64,000 bases of DNA from an uncultured delta proteobacterium. GTDB taxonomy: Bacteria; Desulfobacterota; Binatia; UBA9968. The stretch's first letter is position 1; every line of letters begins with the position of its first letter. Of this stretch, positions 30,367 through 40,262 are shown piece after piece. Below the pieces are notes generated by a model that was not told the DNA's origin, searched no databases, and saw only the letters and a list, made by a program, of their open reading frames with translations. The stretch is taken from positions 32,001 through 96,000 of the forward strand of contig CAVXEP010000025.1 of NCBI GenBank assembly GCA_963760795.1, written 5' to 3'. Position numbers and translations under genes: made by a program.

Positions 30367-32153
30367 CGCTTGAGTGTCTCCTCACGTTGTTGAGTTTTGG
30401 CGATCAGTTGGGTAAAGGAATTCAGTGACGTATAAAGACCCAAAAAACGTTCCAGCACGGCGGCGAAAAGAAAAACGCCACTCCCGACGTATTTCTCTTC
30501 ATCGAACTCTATCGTGACTTCCAACCCTCGGCAGAAGCCGTTCCAGGACATAGAACGCGGACGCCCGACGACCTGCCTCCCGGTCACCGCGGTGATGCCG
30601 GCGATCTGTTGTCGTACCACCGCCGAGTCGGCAACATCATAGAGTCTTAGTATCTCCTGGAGCGCGTCTCGCCCCCCGTCGAATAAAGATAAGTAATTCA
30701 GAGTCAGGTGAGAAATCAGTCGCCACTGAACGCCGCGCCGCGACGGCGCCCGCATGGTTTCAGTTGGCTTCTTTAAGCAGCGAATCCGCGACAACGGTGC
30801 CGCGCCTTCCAACTCGAACTCGCTGCGGTCACCGCCAAAGGGGAGCTTACCAGGGAGATCCCGGTTGCTGCAGGTTGCATGTATAATAACGGTATCGACT
30901 GCCGGTAGGGTCGGGCGAAACTCCAGATCGACCAAGGAAAGATAGACTTCGGTACCGGTATCGCCTTTTTTGGGAGATGGTCTTCGTGCCGCATACCAGA
31001 AGGCCTGCTGGCGTTCCCGTTCCGCCGCATGTTTGAAGGAATAAAAAGGCTGGTATTCGACGGTTTCATCGGTTCCTGGCGTGACGCTGATGACCGAGTC
31101 AACGGCGTAGACCTCCGTAGCGTTCTGACGGCGTACGTCGGGTATCACCTGGTATTCGGTCTGCGCGTGACTTAAACGGATGGGCTCGGCAATCTGGTTG
31201 AACAGGTTCACGATCGGCGCACAGCCCAAACGAAAGGTTTCTTTCGTCACAGGCTGTTCCAGTCGAGGCATTCGATTCAGCAAAATCTGGATCTCGAAGC
31301 CGTCAGCCGATTCATTCTTGATGGCCTTGCTTAGACCCGTCAGATCAAAAAAAAGAAATTTTTCCGGAAAACTAAAATATTCCTGCAACAGACGGTAACC
31401 GAGAAACGAACGTGAGCCGTAAGGTAACAGTCCTTCATCGGCGGCGAAGCCCACGGGGAGAATCGTCGTCGCTGGCAGCCGTACCGCCGTCCTGCTCTGC
31501 GTAGCAGATCGCGGCCGAATGCGGATTTCAATAACGTTGTTGAAAAGCAGCTCATAAAGAGTGTAAGTCAGCCGTGCTTCGCCGTGAATAAAAAATCGTA
31601 GCCGGTCAAGTTCAAGTTCAGCCAGGGACATGCCTGCTAGGCAACGAAGTTCAAGCCTGATCAATCCCAAAGCGGACCGGGGGAGTATTCCCTGACGCGA
31701 CGAGTCCACCGTTTCCAACCCGGCCGCTTCCACTTCGAGTGGCCAGAGAGTGGTTGGATAACAAGTGCGGAATCTGCACGGCGACCCCGCCACAGGCTGC
31801 GAATAGAGCGTAGCCCCTTTTTTAATGGCGTAACCACTGCCGATTTTTCCCTGGTCCGCATCGAGGACAAACTGGACGATGGACATGGAAGGAATCGGCG
31901 CCAGATAGTGGGGGTAGAGGACGTTGAGGAGCGATTCGGTGATTTCCGGGTATTCGTCCTCAATCTTGTGATGCACCCGCGCGGCGAGAAAAGCAAAGGC
32001 TTGAATCAGGCGCTCGACGTGCGGATCTTCGGAAGTATCTGCCTCCAGCACTAGGCGAGAGGCAATTTTGGGGTATTTTGCGGCGAACTCCGCCCCCATT
32101 TGTCTCAAAAAATTAAGCTCGCGCTCGTAATAGGTGAGTAAATCGTCGGCCAT
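30330..32153 (-). CDS. tssF: T6SS baseplate TssF
   Basis: YYERELNFLR...DPHVERLIQAFAFLAAR; GYRLLQEYF; WRLISHLTLNYLSL; WPPRAG. Confidence 0.97.
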   Translation of the reverse strand: MADDLLTYYERELNFLRQMGAEFAAKYPKIASRLVLEADTSEDPHVERLIQAFAFLAARVHHKIEDEYPEITESLLNVLYPHYLAPIPSMSIVQFVLDADQGKIGSGYAIKKGATLYSQPVAGSPCRFRTCYPTTLWPLEVEAAGLETVDSSRQGILPRSALGLIRLELRCLAGMSLAELELDRLRFFIHGEARLTYTLYELLFNNVIEIRIRPRSATQSRTAVRLPATTILPVGFAADEGLLPYGSRSFLGYRLLQEYFSFPEKFLFFDLTGLSKAIKNESADGFEIQILLNRMPRLEQPVTKETFRLGCAPIVNLFNQIAEPIRLSHAQTEYQVIPDVRRQNATEVYAVDSVISVTPGTDETVEYQPFYSFKHAAERERQQAFWYAARRPSPKKGDTGTEVYLSLVDLEFRPTLPAVDTVIIHATCSNRDLPGKLPFGGDRSEFELEGAAPLSRIRCLKKPTETMRAPSRRGVQWRLISHLTLNYLSLFDGGRDALQEILRLYDVADSAVVRQQIAGITAVTGRQVVGRPRSMSWNGFCRGLEVTIEFDEEKYVGSGVFLFAAVLERFLGLYTSLNSFTQLIAKTQQREETLKRWPPRAGEQILL

Positions 32154-32641
32154 TACGTTTGCCCTTTAACTACATACTGCTGCGTGTTGAGCTGCAACAC
32201 GGCATCAAATGTCACAGGCTCCGGTGCCGGGTCCACCCTCAAGAGAGCATCGATGCGAAAACGTAAGCCACGCTCGCTCTCCCGCGCCGTTTCCATCGTC
32301 ACTTTCACGCGTTGAAGCCGCGGCTCAAAGATGGCAACGGCCCGTTCAACCGCACGACGGATAAGATCGCGATGGTCAGCGTTGAGAAGGCTCATGGAAG
32401 TAAAATCAGGGAGACCATAAAGCATCAATGATCGGCTGACTTCGGTAAATTCAGAGGGCAGATCTTGCAGGGCCTCCTGTTTTGTATTCAAAAGCGCTTC
32501 GAGATCCCGTGCCACCGAGTTTTCCAAAGCCCGCAAATTTTGCGACCGACTCGCTACCGGCTCTCGAGAATTGCCGGGATCGTCATCAAGAAGGCGGTCA
32601 AGTAATGATGGAACTATGGTTATTTCGTTGCTGGCCGCCAT
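32153..32641 (-). CDS. tssE: T6SS baseplate TssE (gp25-like)
   Basis: PSLLDRL, RDLEALLNT, YGLPD, FEPRL. Confidence 0.95.
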   Translation of the reverse strand: MAASNEITIVPSLLDRLLDDDPGNSREPVASRSQNLRALENSVARDLEALLNTKQEALQDLPSEFTEVSRSLMLYGLPDFTSMSLLNADHRDLIRRAVERAVAIFEPRLQRVKVTMETARESERGLRFRIDALLRVDPAPEPVTFDAVLQLNTQQYVVKGQT

Positions 32642-32746
32642 AGATAGATAGTCAAAGCTCCTGCGGCAAAACGGTTGCCGAGTTTTATGGAGTGTAATAC
32701 GCGTATATTTTCAAAAGCAAGGGGAGAATATTCATGACGACAGCTC

Positions 32747-34258
32747 TCATTGAGGCGAAACAGTCAGGAATCCATATTGTAAAAACTTTCGCACTGAACT
32801 CGTCAGGCTCAGGGTGACTTCTTGCAGATCTAAACCTAACTTCTCCGCCACCTCCGATGCCAATTCGCGTAACGAACGCCGGCCATCGCAGCCGGCCAAA
32901 ATCGAACTTAAAAGCCAATCAATCTCACAGGTATAGACAAGCCCCTGGCCCAGCTTCAGGCGGATCGAGCGTACCGACCAACTACCGTGATCGGCTTGGA
33001 GTCCTTGTTCAAGCTGCAGATCCGGAGAAAGAATAAATCTTCCATCGAGAATCTTGGCATCATCGCCGGATTCTTCGACAAAGTCTTGATTGGCGAAAAT
33101 CCGCGCGATCTGCTCACCGCAAGCACCATTTCTTTCACCATGAGCGAGATTGTCCGCTCGGACCCAGTTCCGGCGATCAGATTGCCGTCGGAGAATCGCC
33201 GCACCGGCGCTGATCAAGCGAATTCCCATTTGATCGTAGTATGCGATCCATTCGTCCAAGAGCTGTCCGTAATGGTCTAGGTCGTGGCTTTCCGTGGAGC
33301 GCAACCAAGTGGATGCATAAGTAAGCGGGTCACCCGTCTCAAAGCGAAGTAGCCAGCTATCGCAACCATTTCCCGAAATCCATTGCTGCGGTCGGTCTGT
33401 CCAATTTTCCATATTTTCATGGTGCCAATTGAAGAGAATAATCGCATAGCCGTTTTCCCTAAGATGGACCGAAGTTTGTTGAATCACCTGCTCCGAAAGT
33501 GCATCGCCAGGTAGGCCACTGTCTCGGTAGTTGTAATGATATCCCGGCGAGATCACAAAAGGTGGGTTAGCGACGACGAGATCGAACTGCTCCTCTTTGA
33601 CCGGCTCGTAGAAATTGCCTTGCCGTAACGCAATGTTTGTAACGCCATTCACGCGCGCATTAAACGCGGCAAAATTTAGTGCCCGTGGATTGGAGTCAAC
33701 GCCAATTACTTGATCCGCATGTCTTGAGGCCAACAGCGCTTGAATTCCACACCCGGTGCCGAGATCTAGCACCGATTCGACTCGATGGCGCAGCGTCAGG
33801 TTGGCGAGAGTCATTGAAGCGGCTCCCACACCGAGAACATGATCCGGCGCCACGGGTTGCCCAGTTGTCTCGTCGCTAAAGTCGTGCGCAATAACAAGAT
33901 CTTCAAAACTGACCAGTCGGGCCACGGACCGGATCATTTGATCGAAACGATTGAGAAGGCCAATACCCAAGACCAGTTCGGTCACGAAAGGAGTTAACGC
34001 CGCTTGAACCTCCTCCATTCGCACTGCTTTTTCGAGAAGAAAAAGCCGAACAAGTGAATGATATGGCGAAGGAGAAGCCGTGCGCCGCAACACCACCTGC
34101 AGGTCCAGGTTGCCACCAGAATCCTTGGCATTCAATGTGCCGGCCAAGGATGACTGGGTGTAACCAGCAGCCGCCAAAGCTTCTCGGAAAGGCTTTAGAT
34201 CATTACAGCGTTCGAGCTGAAAGGGGGATCTTTGCCAATCCATAAGATCAAATCTCAC
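32747..34258 (-). CDS. Class I SAM-dependent N-methyltransferase with PqqD/winged-helix-like C-terminus
   Basis: LDLGTGCGIQAL, NPPF motif, C-terminal CDGRRSLRELA...VRKFLQYGFL. Confidence 0.85.
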   Translation of the reverse strand: MRFDLMDWQRSPFQLERCNDLKPFREALAAAGYTQSSLAGTLNAKDSGGNLDLQVVLRRTASPSPYHSLVRLFLLEKAVRMEEVQAALTPFVTELVLGIGLLNRFDQMIRSVARLVSFEDLVIAHDFSDETTGQPVAPDHVLGVGAASMTLANLTLRHRVESVLDLGTGCGIQALLASRHADQVIGVDSNPRALNFAAFNARVNGVTNIALRQGNFYEPVKEEQFDLVVANPPFVISPGYHYNYRDSGLPGDALSEQVIQQTSVHLRENGYAIILFNWHHENMENWTDRPQQWISGNGCDSWLLRFETGDPLTYASTWLRSTESHDLDHYGQLLDEWIAYYDQMGIRLISAGAAILRRQSDRRNWVRADNLAHGERNGACGEQIARIFANQDFVEESGDDAKILDGRFILSPDLQLEQGLQADHGSWSVRSIRLKLGQGLVYTCEIDWLLSSILAGCDGRRSLRELASEVAEKLGLDLQEVTLSLTSSVRKFLQYGFLTVSPQ

Positions 34259-34999
34259 CCCGCGGGCCTACTGAACGGAGGGCGGGAGGCACGAAACAAA
34301 AAAGGGGCGGGTTTGGGAATCCTACCAACGGAAGATAACGATGATGAAATGGACAAAAAATCTGAGCTTTCTGGATCAGCCTCAATTCTATTTGGTAGAA
34401 ATATTTAGGCTGCGACGTTCTCCTAGCATTCGCAATCTATCAACCTCGTCACAATACAAACCGCGTTAGAAGGAGGTCCTCCCACAATACACATTGGAAG
34501 AATCAGCCTAAATAAACCCCGCCTGAAAATGACCCACTGAACACAACCGCTACGCTGCCAACACAAGCAACAATATAATACTCCGCAGAGAGCACTTGAA
34601 AACAATAAGTCCACACGAGGCGCCCAGATACACCAACCACGCCTACACCTATTTAGCCGCTTCACCAGAACTCGTCCCGACCATCTAGCAGCGGTCACGT
34701 CAATACCGTAGGCCTGTCGAGCTTACATCGCACAGTTGTCGGTATTACAGCTTTTATTGCTCGAAAAAAGTTGAGGGAAGCAAAACCCTTATACTCTTCC
34801 TTAGAATAGGTTTGCCTCTTAGTCGGTGCCGTGAGCTCAGATCAAGAAAGCTGGGCTCACGGGTCTCCCAATCTCAGCTCAAACAGTGTATGGCCGCTCC
34901 CAGAATCCTAACGTTGACCACTAGCCGTTGTGGTCCCATGAAGCGCAACGAATCAATCATTGATACTTTTAGCGCAAATCCTGGGGTTATACTGCTAAC

Positions 35000-35482
35000 T
35001 TACTCACTGGGTTTCGCCAAATTAAACGAAGTCGAAACATTACCTTGCGGATTGCTTTTTTCATCAAGTGGCGTGTATACGCTTTCGAACTTGGTATAGG
35101 CAAAGGAAACCTCTTCTAAGGGCACATCGTCACTACCGTGCGCACTTCCACCGGGACGGACCGAGGAAATCATCGCGTTTTCAAATGTATACTTCAAATA
35201 GATTTGCGGTTTTCCGACTGACTTCTGACACGTAAACTCAACTTTTGCGATTGGGTCGCCTTTACAACAGGCGACAAAGAGCTTGGGACTTGCTTTGTCA
35301 ATCTTCTTAACAAAAGAAAATTCCGAAAGATTCACCCCCCCGCCGGTAAGCGCGCTCACGCCAGCTTTCATGTTCACTGGTTGAGTAGCACCCCAATGAA
35401 AGGATTCGACCTGGATCCAGTCTTTAGGTTCCGTGCTCTCCCCAGGAATGTCACCGATTTTTATGAATGAATCAAAAGCCAT
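35000..35482 (-). CDS. hcp: Hcp (TssD) tube protein
   Basis: GGAGGT RBS; IPGES...WIQVESFHWG, KKIDKASPKL, PLEEVSFAY. Confidence 0.95.
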   Translation of the reverse strand: MAFDSFIKIGDIPGESTEPKDWIQVESFHWGATQPVNMKAGVSALTGGGVNLSEFSFVKKIDKASPKLFVACCKGDPIAKVEFTCQKSVGKPQIYLKYTFENAMISSVRPGGSAHGSDDVPLEEVSFAYTKFESVYTPLDEKSNPQGNVSTSFNLAKPSE

Positions 35483-35550
35483 AACTACCTCCCACTTGTA
35501 AATTTTAGCCTAGCGATCTATTGCCCCAATACATCAATAACAATTACTCA

Positions 35551-37047
35551 CTATCTCTTCGCTGGCGCTGGCAATTCCGCTACTAAGCGGAGCGAAACCG
35601 TGAGTTCTTCCAGCTGAAAGTGCGGCCTGAGAAACGCAACGGCCTTATATACACCGGGCTTCCCACCGACTTCCTGTACTTCAACGCGAGCTTCTCGGAG
35701 AGGAAATTTTGCCTTCATTTCCTGGCTCGCCTTATCATCCAACAGCACATAATTAGAGATCCACCGGTTCAAATAATCTTCGCAGTTTCCCCGGGTCATA
35801 AAGCTGCCGATTTTGTCCCGCATAATCGCCTTGAGATAGTGGGCGAAACGCGAGGTGGCCATAATATATTGGAGCTGGGTGGAAAGCCTCGCGTTGGCGT
35901 TCGCGGCATCGGTATCATACTTCTTCGCTTTTTGCGTAGACTGCGCACCGAAAAATGCTGCGTAATCGGTTCCTTTACAGTGTAGGAGCGGTATGAACCC
36001 AAGGTCGGACAACTCCTTCTCACGTCGATCGGTGATCGCGATCTCGGTCGGGCACTTCAAAGCTATATCCCCCTCATCGGTGGCGAAAGTATGGGTTGGC
36101 AACCCCTCCACCAGTCCACCCCCTTCAACTCCCCGGATCGCGGCACACCAACCATGTTTCGCGAAAGCGTCCGTGATGCGAGTCCCCATGGCGTATGCCG
36201 CGTTTCCCCACAAGTACTTGGCGTGATCTTTCCCGTCCACATCCTCCTTGAAGTTAAAGGCCTCAACCGGGACCGTCGCCGGTCCGTAGGGCAGCCGCAT
36301 CAGGATGTGAGGCATCGTGAGTCCTACGTAACGGGAGTCCTCCGAGTCCCGGAACGATTTCCATTTTGCATATTCTACCGTATCAAAAATTTTAGCCAGA
36401 TCCCGCGGCGCCGACAGATCAGTGAAGCTTTCCAGACCAAAAAGTTCCGGGTTTGCCGCGGATATGAAGGGCGCGTGCGCTGCCGCTGCAACGTGGGATA
36501 ACTGGTCCAAGAGCGACATGTCTTGAGGATGCCGACCGAACTCATAGTCGCCGATCATGCATCCATAAGAGGCGCCGCCGAACATGCCATACTCATCTTC
36601 ATACACTTTCTTAAAAAGTGCACTTTGATCGAATTCAGCTGCCCGCTCCAAATCTTTGCGGAGATCGTCCTTGGAAACGTTGAGCACGCGAATCTTGAGT
36701 TGGGTGCTAGTTTCGGTTTGGTGCACCAGGTAGTGTAGCCCTCGCCAGGAACCTTCAAGCTTCTGGAATTCCGGGGCGTGCATAACCTCGTTTAGCTGCC
36801 GGGAAATGGCATCGTCCAGAGCGGCAATTCGAGCCGAAATTGCACTTTCCAGGTCCTTGGAGACGACCACTGATCCTTGAAGCACCTGTTGGACAAACTC
36901 ACCGATTAAATCCTTAGCCCGGGTTCGCTCCGTATCGTTCCGCGCGATGCGGCTATCTTTAATAATTTGATCGAGAATGCCCGCTTCGTTCTCGACCTCC
37001 TGCGCCTCAGCCGCTTTGCTTTGACCTTCTCTACTCTCTTCAGCCAT
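35551..37047 (-). CDS. tssC: T6SS sheath large subunit TssC
   Basis: FQKLEGSWRGL, FDQSALFKKVYE, YLWGNAAY, LRPHFQLEELTVSLRLV. Confidence 0.98.
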   Translation of the reverse strand: MAEESREGQSKAAEAQEVENEAGILDQIIKDSRIARNDTERTRAKDLIGEFVQQVLQGSVVVSKDLESAISARIAALDDAISRQLNEVMHAPEFQKLEGSWRGLHYLVHQTETSTQLKIRVLNVSKDDLRKDLERAAEFDQSALFKKVYEDEYGMFGGASYGCMIGDYEFGRHPQDMSLLDQLSHVAAAAHAPFISAANPELFGLESFTDLSAPRDLAKIFDTVEYAKWKSFRDSEDSRYVGLTMPHILMRLPYGPATVPVEAFNFKEDVDGKDHAKYLWGNAAYAMGTRITDAFAKHGWCAAIRGVEGGGLVEGLPTHTFATDEGDIALKCPTEIAITDRREKELSDLGFIPLLHCKGTDYAAFFGAQSTQKAKKYDTDAANANARLSTQLQYIMATSRFAHYLKAIMRDKIGSFMTRGNCEDYLNRWISNYVLLDDKASQEMKAKFPLREARVEVQEVGGKPGVYKAVAFLRPHFQLEELTVSLRLVAELPAPAKR

Positions 37048-37061
37048 TTTGCTTTTCCTTT

Positions 37062-37586
37062 TTACTTTTCCTTGTCCCCCTCACCACCACCGCCTGCTTC
37101 TTGGCTTATCTTTTGAAGTGAATCTGTGTTCTTGATCACGTTATCCAGAACTTCCACGAGCTTATCGTTGCCATCCATTTTACTGAGCAGATCCGAGAGC
37201 TTGCTGCGTGCTTCGAGTAATTTTCTCAGCGGTTCCACTTGATTGACAACTCTTTCGGGCTCGAAGTCCTCCAAGCTATCGAATCGCAACTCGACTCCCA
37301 ACTTACTGTCGTCGTCAGCTAATTTATTGTTGACGCGGTAAGCGAGATGGGGTTTCTGCGCTTTTAAAACCGAATCAAAATTATCGCGGTCGATCTCAAC
37401 AAACTTTCGATCCTTAACCCTGGGTAACGGTTCCTCAGGCTTCCCTGACAGGTCGGCGAGCACACCCATGACAAAGGGAATTTCTTTCATCTCGATCGCG
37501 TCACCGATTTCTACATCGTAAGTGATGTGCACTCGTGGAGGGCGTACTCTGCTAAGTTTTTTCTGTGTGCTTTCCCTAGTGGCCAT
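37062..37586 (-). CDS. tssB: T6SS sheath small subunit TssB
   Basis: RPPRVHITYDVE, PFVMGVLADLSG, EIDRDNF. Confidence 0.98.
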   Translation of the reverse strand: MATRESTQKKLSRVRPPRVHITYDVEIGDAIEMKEIPFVMGVLADLSGKPEEPLPRVKDRKFVEIDRDNFDSVLKAQKPHLAYRVNNKLADDDSKLGVELRFDSLEDFEPERVVNQVEPLRKLLEARSKLSDLLSKMDGNDKLVEVLDNVIKNTDSLQKISQEAGGGGEGDKEK

Positions 37587-37700
37587 TATCTCCTCCGTGT
37601 AAAGAAACTTTCTTTCGAGATCCGATCACTGCCCAGATCTAATCTTGGGATCGGGTAGCAGAACCATACTCTGGGTGCGCAAATTCTGTCAAGAGCCAAT

Positions 37701-38804
37701 TCAGCGCTTAATACCGAGTGTATCCCAGAGGCGATTAAGCACATCCTCGTTCTGGACGACCTCCCCCAGCCAGGTCTCGAGCGGCATTTTCGTCCAGTTA
37801 ACCGCACGTTCGAGCAAATAGGAAACTGGATGTTGCGGCTCGGCTCTTTTCAAATAAGACGCAATCACGGCTAAACGCTGAAAGGCTTCTTCACGGCTCG
37901 TGGGTTCGGCTGACCATGCAAAATCTTGTGTCGTTGCCATGGCTCGACTCTCCGTAGGGGTAATGACTTGTGACGCCTTGCGAGCAAGCTCTCCGTCAGA
38001 CTGGATAGATGCTTCTGGTTTGTAGCTGGGATCTCGTTCCCTTTTCTTCTTAACAAAGCTGTCTATGAGCGTGAAACATTCATCAATACTATTCCTCATA
38101 CCAATAAGACTCAGAGCGTTCTGGCCGAAATGGGCATCGATAACCCCTTCCAGTTTTGCTAACTCCTCTTTGGACCGTCTTACGTCGTCGAAGAGATCTT
38201 CATAAAACGCGCGAGGCGTTGCCTCAATCGCCGCCTCAAATTTTTCTCGATCGATCTTACCTTCGGAAATCGCTTTTTGCTTCGCGCTCGGGTCTTGACG
38301 TGCCAAATTGTCGAGGCGAAGCGCCTCCTGCCACGTCACGAAAGAGAATGGAGGATCGTCCGCTGTTAACGCTAATTGCTGAATGCACAGTGGCAGCTTC
38401 AGATTCATCCACTCAAGCGGTCCCGCTCGAAACTCTAGATCGCCATCTTCGGCTTCTGGATAAAGTCGATCCCAATAAATCGTCAACAATTCGCGTAACT
38501 GGCACATTCCATCCCTAAGACCGGCAAAGCCCTGGCGCTTAACCAAGGCCTCAAGCAACCATACCGCGACTTGAATGTCCTTACTTTTCCCTGTCAATGT
38601 TTCTGTGCACAATCGGATCACGGCGGGCCAATCCGCCTTCTTGGCTTCACGCTGCCATTCTCCCATGGGCAGATCATCATCGGAACGGCGTGCTTCCTGA
38701 ATCGCATCATATGCGCCTGTGTAGCGAACTGATTCACCCGCTGGGTTTTCACCCGGAATCGGTCTCAACAATGCTTCAATATCGATTGTGGTTGGTGATG
38801 GCAT
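37701..38804 (-). CDS. tssA: TssA (short form)
   Basis: LLRPIPGENPAG, KSKDIQVAVWL, C-terminal EPQHPVSYLLERAVNW. Confidence 0.93.
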   Translation of the reverse strand: MPSPTTIDIEALLRPIPGENPAGESVRYTGAYDAIQEARRSDDDLPMGEWQREAKKADWPAVIRLCTETLTGKSKDIQVAVWLLEALVKRQGFAGLRDGMCQLRELLTIYWDRLYPEAEDGDLEFRAGPLEWMNLKLPLCIQQLALTADDPPFSFVTWQEALRLDNLARQDPSAKQKAISEGKIDREKFEAAIEATPRAFYEDLFDDVRRSKEELAKLEGVIDAHFGQNALSLIGMRNSIDECFTLIDSFVKKKRERDPSYKPEASIQSDGELARKASQVITPTESRAMATTQDFAWSAEPTSREEAFQRLAVIASYLKRAEPQHPVSYLLERAVNWTKMPLETWLGEVVQNEDVLNRLWDTLGIKR

Positions 38805-38905
38805 GGAATTCCCTGTTCTCGGCCGGCAGTTCTTAAAACCCTTGAGATCGAAAATGATCGCGAGTCACAGCAAGTTCTAGGTCTTAGAATCGAAATTCTA
38901 ATCGA

Positions 38906-40249
38906 TCAATCTTTGATGGCCACCAGTTCTGCCTTAAAGTCAGGGAACTCATCGGGCAGATACAAGGCCAGGCTCCGCGACTTACAAATCACTTCCCACC
39001 ATCTTCCCTGTGTATTCAGATGGTAATATTTATACCCGGGTTTAACCGGAATCGAGCTCGGAGGAATAGGTTCATGGGTAACCTGAATGCCGGGCATTGC
39101 TCGACCGATCAACGCAGTGATTTCATCAGGCGAACTGATTTTGGCCTTAACCGGCACATCCTCTATCAAACGACTCGCAGCTACCTGGGCATTAGCTGCC
39201 AAATAGAATTGCGAGTGTTGAAGAAGACGATCGTCGGTAATATGCCCTACATACCATTGGTGCGGCGTTTTCTCCAACGGGATGATCACATACTTCGCCG
39301 GTATGATTGTGTCCAGGAGAAACCGGATCTTCTTTTCCAACTCGTCAAAAGTCTTGAACAAATCTTCGTGATCGTAACGGGGGACATCGCGCGGGTCGGA
39401 TTGCAGGGAAAAAGTGCTGAGTTCCCCAACGAGCTGAGACAATATTAAGTATAACTGTTCCGGATGGCGATTCGGAACGTAATAATAATGTGACAGAATC
39501 GGGACAAATGAGTTCACTGTATGTAACAACCAAAAGTTAGCGATATCCGAAGCGCCAAATTCAGTGATGTGGCGCCGCTGTTGAGAAAGCGCAGAACTTT
39601 TGGCCGCAAGAATCTCCAAAATCCGATGCAGAATCATGACTAGCGTATTGCACGCAGAAATGGCGATCGACGGCGGGATAAAGGCAAGCTCGTTTAGAAT
39701 GACGGTTCCGGTTGTCGTTCGTCCTAACTCGGCGATCTTAATCCAAACTTTTCCTTCGAGGGATTCACCAGAGAAAAGAATTTGACAATTCTTTCTGGCT
39801 AGCGGTATCTCGCATTCATTGCCCTCCGTGGTTTCATCGGCGACGCGCACTAAATCCATGTGGAACCTTGTGGAAGAATCAGCACCCCCGTTGGAGGTGA
39901 GATAATTGACATTACCGGTCGATGTCGAGGGTACCGCCAGGTATACATCCAACGTCTGAGAGGATGGCGAGAAAAGGTCTTTAAATGACCGAACCTCTGG
40001 AGCCTGATCTTCATCGGGCGACTGTATCGCCAGACCATCCGGCATGATGCCAGCACAGCGAAATAAGGTGAAAAACCCGTTGGTTAAACCGTCACGATCG
40101 AACTCAAGCTCGGATACACCCCAAAAAAACGGCGACAAAGACTTCAGCTTAAAATTGAGAAGATCTTCCTTGTAGCGGTCGGCCTGTTGAAAAACATGGG
40201 GCGTAAGGAAGAGTCCTTCGGTCCAGACAACGTTTCGTGCTCGACTCAT
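38906..40249 (-). CDS. tssK: T6SS baseplate TssK
   Basis: AAGGAG RBS then MSRARNVVWTEGLFLTPHVFQQ; ATG at 40249. Confidence 0.95.
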   Translation of the reverse strand: MSRARNVVWTEGLFLTPHVFQQADRYKEDLLNFKLKSLSPFFWGVSELEFDRDGLTNGFFTLFRCAGIMPDGLAIQSPDEDQAPEVRSFKDLFSPSSQTLDVYLAVPSTSTGNVNYLTSNGGADSSTRFHMDLVRVADETTEGNECEIPLARKNCQILFSGESLEGKVWIKIAELGRTTTGTVILNELAFIPPSIAISACNTLVMILHRILEILAAKSSALSQQRRHITEFGASDIANFWLLHTVNSFVPILSHYYYVPNRHPEQLYLILSQLVGELSTFSLQSDPRDVPRYDHEDLFKTFDELEKKIRFLLDTIIPAKYVIIPLEKTPHQWYVGHITDDRLLQHSQFYLAANAQVAASRLIEDVPVKAKISSPDEITALIGRAMPGIQVTHEPIPPSSIPVKPGYKYYHLNTQGRWWEVICKSRSLALYLPDEFPDFKAELVAIKD

Positions 40250-40262
40250 CCAATCTCCTTGA

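Noticed and set aside
36641-36650. GCCCGCTCCA match to the tRNA-Gly 3' end as a possible att site
   Set aside because: Only 10 bp, inside tssC, and in the wrong orientation.
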